Shown here piece by piece: positions 59,258-64,000 of a DNA stretch of 64,000 nt. The notes beneath the pieces were generated by a model. It was not told the origin of the DNA, did no database searches, and worked only from the letters and a program-made list of their open reading frames with translations. Both the position numbers and the translations under genes were made by a program. The stretch's first letter is position 1; every line of letters starts with the position of its first letter. The stretch comes from Verrucomicrobiota bacterium (lineage in GTDB: Bacteria > Verrucomicrobiota > Lentisphaeria > JABSQK01 > JAJFLO01). The stretch spans positions 2,039-66,038 of the forward strand of contig JAJFLQ010000134.1 of assembly GCA_021772615.1 (NCBI GenBank), given 5' to 3'.

Positions 59258-61105
59258 ATGCAAAAAGGCAAACTGAAAATACTGGCGGGCTCTGGGGCTT
59301 TGGTTCGTCTCATTGGACGAGCGGCGGAAACATACGATGTAACCGTCGATAAGGATGTTCTCGTGTGGACTCACAGCCCAAGCTCACCGAACGGCACGCT
59401 GGAGGGCAAACAAATTCAGTCGGTCACACGACACGGAGCGGCCTTCATCGTGAATCTCCTGGCGAATACCAACGGAATACCGGCGTTGACATTTGAAGCT
59501 TCATCTGTATCAGACGCAAAGAAATGGACCACTGCTATTGAGGGGATTATCGGAAAAGCGCAAACCTGTATCCCCGACGCAGTACCAGCTGGGGTGGCGG
59601 ACGCAACGCCGGTGAGTGTGACGTACCAGGTAGCGAATTCCAACGCGGTCACAAAAGACTGTGCGCTCCTGGTAATCGCTTGTGATCCCAGGAATCTGGA
59701 TGGCGTGATTGATTATACCTCAGAGGAATCGGACATTTTCAGCAAGCTGATCAATTTCACATTTCACACAACGCTAATGAATGTGGAGGTACAAGGGCCT
59801 CAATCGTACGGCGTCATTTTTGCGCCGGGTCCTCTGGACGATATGAATGGCAGCTTCTACGGTTTTCGAAACGAAACGGCCAAACAATTCGGCCTGGACG
59901 CCGCCAATAAATTGTCTCACAATCTGGTGACGGTATATCAACTCGCAGGTCCCAGAGACACACCCTGGACTGATGAAGAATTCCAAAAGCTCCTGAAGCA
60001 ACAGCTGAAGACCAGTGACTGGTGGCCTTACGGGGACAAGTACGATATTCGTAAGACGGTGACGACACCCTACTTTGATCATTTCTCACAAGCCGGATTA
60101 AAAGAACACCTGCCTTGGAAAATTCTTGATTTGCAGGGCCAAAAGAATACCCTGTTTGTCCATGCCTTCACGTGTTTTGAGTCGGTGTTGCATTGTTGGG
60201 GTTATGCCAATTTGATGCTGGACAATTATCCGTGTGCGAAACAGGCGCTACCCAGGGAACTTGATGCCCCCATAGTCATACTCGGGGCCGGCCCCAGCGG
60301 ACTTTTGTTCGCCACGGCGCTTAAGCAACGCGGCTACACCAATGTGCAGATTCTGGAGGTTACGGATCGATATGGTGGAAAAACGCATACCGTCCTTGAA
60401 GATGGGCCGTGTCCTCCTGGAGCAACCGAAAAAACAGTCTGCGAATTGGGCACCTGTTATCTGTCTCCGGCGTACGATCCAATGGTCACCGCACTCAAGG
60501 AGTTTCTTACTGGAAACAAACAAATCGACTTCACCGCCGACAATCCAAATTTTCGAGGAATCGTAACAACTGGCGAGTTGCCTCCTTCACCCGACCTCGA
60601 CACCGTGATTGATTATGGCGAATACGTAATTCTAAAGGCGGAAGAAGAACTCGATTTCCCAAATTCCAAATTGAACCGAATCCTGGCGACGCTGGATATC
60701 GCGCTCGACCTCGGTAAGTATTCGTTAATTCACGCGGAATACATGGGATGGACGTTGCCGATGCCCAGCAATCCGCCGGAGGCGCTCGATCAAAAATTTG
60801 GCAACCAGAAATTTATTGATTTCCTGCGGTACCATAAGTTGATGTCTCTTGCCGGAATGTTGGAGTACGGTTATGAAGTACAGGGCTACGGCAGACTCAC
60901 CTCGATTCCGGCCTACTACGGGTTGCTATGGATGACACCCGCCATTACCTGGACGATATTACTGGACCAGCTCAAGTTGGAAGACAAACCCGTCGTCACC
61001 GCATGGACAAAAGGTTGGGGAGATGTATGGGATCAGATCGTCCGGAAGCAAGGTATCAATATCACCCTAAATGCAAAAACAACCTCCATCACGCGAACGA
61101 GATGA
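59258..61105 (+). CDS. FAD-dependent oxidoreductase/isomerase-like protein, apparently circularly permuted, with an N-terminal PH-like domain
   Basis: GAGPSG...E...RYGGK...ELG is internal (about 60280) and follows the usually C-terminal YFDHF...LQGQKNT...FESV segment. Confidence 0.75.
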   Translation: MQKGKLKILAGSGALVRLIGRAAETYDVTVDKDVLVWTHSPSSPNGTLEGKQIQSVTRHGAAFIVNLLANTNGIPALTFEASSVSDAKKWTTAIEGIIGKAQTCIPDAVPAGVADATPVSVTYQVANSNAVTKDCALLVIACDPRNLDGVIDYTSEESDIFSKLINFTFHTTLMNVEVQGPQSYGVIFAPGPLDDMNGSFYGFRNETAKQFGLDAANKLSHNLVTVYQLAGPRDTPWTDEEFQKLLKQQLKTSDWWPYGDKYDIRKTVTTPYFDHFSQAGLKEHLPWKILDLQGQKNTLFVHAFTCFESVLHCWGYANLMLDNYPCAKQALPRELDAPIVILGAGPSGLLFATALKQRGYTNVQILEVTDRYGGKTHTVLEDGPCPPGATEKTVCELGTCYLSPAYDPMVTALKEFLTGNKQIDFTADNPNFRGIVTTGELPPSPDLDTVIDYGEYVILKAEEELDFPNSKLNRILATLDIALDLGKYSLIHAEYMGWTLPMPSNPPEALDQKFGNQKFIDFLRYHKLMSLAGMLEYGYEVQGYGRLTSIPAYYGLLWMTPAITWTILLDQLKLEDKPVVTAWTKGWGDVWDQIVRKQGINITLNAKTTSITRTR

Positions 61106-61477
61106 ATCCATCTCGGGCAATGATTGATTCATTGCTGATGTTTGTAGTACTCGTCGGCCTGCCTGTCTTTCATAAGCGTGGATCGCAGCAGAGCGACAAC
61201 GGCATCGTCGATGATCATCGGCGCACCTGAAAGGCCTTTTACTGGAGCGCCCTCGCCTGCTGCCGCCTGTTTACCAGAGCTCGACTTATGTTGAGCTCAA
61301 CCGTCTGTAAAGTTGAATGCCATCATCCTTGCACCGTTTAGAAGGGACGCGGCGTGTTGATAAAGGACAACTATACAGCTCTGTCCAACTCTGGTTAACG
61401 TTTGCCGGGGGATTTTGCTTTCTTTTTTTCTTTGCGGCTTTGCGTCTCTGCGCGAGTTCAATTTCGTTACGGATTGA

Positions 61478-61557
61478 TGTAGCCACGGCTCTGTGAGCTG
61501 TGCCACGCAACGCGAAGCAACGTAAAGTACGGCACGTCTCACAGAGACGTGGCTACA
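61478..61557. repeat. REP-like inverted pair (GTAG type)
   Basis: TGTAGCCACGGCTCTGTGAGCTGTGCC ... GGCACGTCTCACAGAGACGTGGCTACA. Confidence 0.75.
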
Positions 61558-61623
61558 CGCTGCCGCTTCCACCAGCGTTTGGCGTACAGACTTTTGACGT
61601 GTAGCTGCAAACGACGTTGGTTT

Positions 61624-61707
61624 CGGGGTGTAGGCGACCGCTTTACAGTTACTCGGCCGGGCAACCACAAAATCTGCGCGAACTGTAAAGCGGTCGCCTA
61701 CACCCCG
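61624..61707. repeat. perfect 27-bp inverted repeat (REPIN/MITE-like)
   Basis: CGGGGTGTAGGCGACCGCTTTACAGTT at 61624-61650 and its exact reverse complement at 61681-61707. Confidence 0.85.
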
Positions 61708-61740
61708 GACGCGGCATGTTTAAAAAATGGGCGTTCAACC

Positions 61741-62289
61741 TTACAGCTCTGTCGAACTCTGGAGAGCGAACCGCAGCACACCAACCACGGCGTTGTCCAT
61801 CAGCATTGGTGCGCCCGACAACCCCTTAACGGGCGCTCCGTCGCCGGCCGCCGCCTGCTTGCTGTATAGCTGAATGGCATGAATGCCGTTTAGCTGCCCG
61901 TGATGGTTCTCCACGGTTCCGGTCTGAATCATGCCGTCAACCGGTTGCGAATCGGGGAACCCGTAGGTAACGAACTCGCCGCCCGACTCGCGGAGGTCTG
62001 CAAGCGGGAGGGGCTGGATTGGGACCGATTCTTCGCACTTCAATATCGCCCAGTCGCCCTGGGGATCGTAATAGGTTTCATACAGCGTCGCTTCGACCTT
62101 ACATTCAGGAAAGGTGAGCGTGATTGTGCCGGGATAAGCGGCAGGGGGATTCTCGAACCGATTCGCGACGACGTGCAACGCCGTAAGCACCAGCCGATCG
62201 GCTACCAGGCAACCGGTACCGCGACTGAGATTTTTGCCGCCGTCGTTGACGTCGATTCGAGCGATAGCATTTCGGACCAACGCGTCCAT
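61741..62289 (-). pseudogene. truncated paralogue (copy 3): protease domain only
   Basis: MDALVRNAIARI... with intact H/D/S; homology stops at GVLRFAL, followed by unrelated QSSTEL and a stop. Confidence 0.85.
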
Positions 62290-62443
62290 GATGAAACCCA
62301 ATCTGTGCAAGCGCAATGTTTGCCTACGGCGACATCGATCTCTTGCCAGGTAGAGAACGAATGATGTCACAACTGGTGGCCGCTAAATGATTGTAACCAC
62401 CGCAGCGATGCGACACCAAAGAACATTACTGGCGTACACCGCA

Positions 62444-62472
62444 AGGCTAACCGCAGAAATATAAGAATGCAA
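62444..62472 (-). promoter_or_regulatory. sigma70-like promoter TTGCAT-N17-TAGCCT (copy 3)
   Basis: Conserved upstream of all three paralogues. Confidence 0.6.
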
Positions 62473-62947
62473 ACCAACTACGAATAGACCTCCCCCAACC
62501 TATCGACCATCGACATCATGTTTCGCGCCAGGACGCGTCTGCGCAACAACGTCTGGAGGGCGGATGGCCCCAGCCGCCGATTTAAACCAATCTTGCGCGC
62601 TCGCAAGCCGAGGGCGGTTCCAAGACTATATCGCACACCAACTTGTAGCGGGAAATCCGGCGAGATCGGCCCAGGAATCGGCAAAATATTGACATCTAAG
62701 TGTACGATTAATACCTTTTGTATAGCTAGATGTCAATCTAGGGAATCGTAATCTGTGATAATTCTTACGCACGCCTAGCCTCAGTAACGACATGGCGTAT
62801 AGTATGAGCTACTTTCGCGGGAAATGATGGATTTTGTAAGAAGGCAAAATCGTTAACCTCTCACATTTGCCTACTTCAACGTGAAGTATATTCGTATAAG
62901 AAACTTGTGTCATAGTAGAATTACTAACAAGAATGGAGATTAGTATT

Positions 62948-63769
62948 ATGATCGGATTTATTCCTAAAGAAATTCATATAGTATTCGTAGTCATTGGACT
63001 TATTTCATTGAATTCGGCTACCCTTTTTGCTGGTGGAATCACAAATGATTTCAGTTCCCTCGCTGGATTAACCATAGACAGCGGATCAACGGATAACGGT
63101 ATTGTTATTGGTGGTGGCGTTGGAGGATCAAATGCTTATTTTGGGGGTAGTTCGCCTACCCCTCCTGTTGGAGGAGGCTACTTCGGAAATGCTGCTACGT
63201 TCGTCGCACCCAATTTAACCTTTGATTTGGCCGCTGGAGATGTAACCATTTCAGCAGTAATGCGGAATAGCAGTTCAAGTACACTATTGAATGAGTCATA
63301 CTTGTGGTTTGGGCCAGAAGTGACTGTACTAGGCAACCCTCTTGCTGATTTCCCGACTGTAGAAAGAGAAGGAATCCTTTTTGGTGGAGCGTCGAACCTC
63401 GCCACTTATCAAGTTTGGGACTTGGGTGATTCTGTGACGAATGACCTACTATTGTTTTCCGATACACCGGGAATCCCACTGGATTCATGGTTCGATATAG
63501 AAGCGACGCTGGGGATCAATGCGAGTAGTGAACTTATCCTTACCACAGCAATCGACGGAGTGCCGACTGGTCCCTTTAATTTAGGATTGGCATCGAATTA
63601 CCCTTGGATAAACAATATGAGAGTTGGGTTAGGCGTAGATGATTTAGCCGACAGCTTTAGCGTTAATTCAGCCGTCCCTGAACCCTCCACCTACGCACTG
63701 ATCCTGACGGGTTTTCTTGGACTCGGCTGGATCAAACGCAAGCGCCAGAATGCGGTTTACGTCGCATAA
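62948..63769 (+). CDS. PEP-CTERM sorting domain protein
   Basis: Signal peptide; C-terminal VPEPSTYALILTGFLGLGWIKRKR; low GC. Confidence 0.92.
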   Translation: MIGFIPKEIHIVFVVIGLISLNSATLFAGGITNDFSSLAGLTIDSGSTDNGIVIGGGVGGSNAYFGGSSPTPPVGGGYFGNAATFVAPNLTFDLAAGDVTISAVMRNSSSSTLLNESYLWFGPEVTVLGNPLADFPTVEREGILFGGASNLATYQVWDLGDSVTNDLLLFSDTPGIPLDSWFDIEATLGINASSELILTTAIDGVPTGPFNLGLASNYPWINNMRVGLGVDDLADSFSVNSAVPEPSTYALILTGFLGLGWIKRKRQNAVYVA

Positions 63770-63791
63770 GACCCAGTATGTTTAATTGAAT

Positions 63792-63830
63792 AACAAGCCC
63801 TCGATGCTCCGGTTTCGGGGGCTTGTTCTT
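63792..63830 (+). terminator. putative intrinsic terminator hairpin
   Basis: AACAAGCCCTCGA...TCGGGGGCTTGTT directly after the stop codon. Confidence 0.5.
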
Positions 63831-64000
63831 GCTTCGATTTCGGAACAATTGGAAATTCCTGACGTCTATATCAGTAACGAACGGATTGACCCCCTGTCAA
63901 ATAAACGCATCAAGGCCAGCAAGGCCTTAACGTACTGACTATACAGTGGATGCATCATCCCGACGTTGCTTCATTTTTATCACGAGAGCAGGACAAGTTG

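Overview
Moderately GC-rich bacterial chromosomal window, probably PVC superphylum (Lentisphaerae-like); this is inferred from the PEP-CTERM protein, a eukaryote-like kinase with an FHA protein, extended LepB and the repeat types. The left half (1-34 kb) is mostly housekeeping and signalling: a TonB receptor with two binding proteins, a histidine kinase, a response regulator and an adenylate cyclase; dnaA-lolE-lolD; lepA-lepB; a Ser/Thr kinase; tRNA-Arg(CCG); an FHA protein; and a large Ig-repeat surface protein. The right half is accessory and has four parts. (i) A RiPP-like tailoring cassette (PqqD/RRE with a leader-like tail in cis, S24/S26 peptidase, nucleotidyltransferase-HPr-kinase fusion, 2 glycosyltransferases, 2 sulfotransferases) with no visible cyclase or precursor. 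(ii) A decayed, integrase-less integron cassette array. (iii) A MazEF-type toxin-antitoxin pair. (iv) A locus with three copies (one intact, two broken) of a trypsin-protease/nSTAND1/WD40 gene that share a conserved sigma70 promoter, next to a cholesterol-oxidase/hydrolase fusion, a nitroreductase-fold protein and an apparently circularly permuted FAD enzyme carrying a PH-like domain. Several REP-like elements are present. All calls come from reading motifs by eye; no database searches were run.
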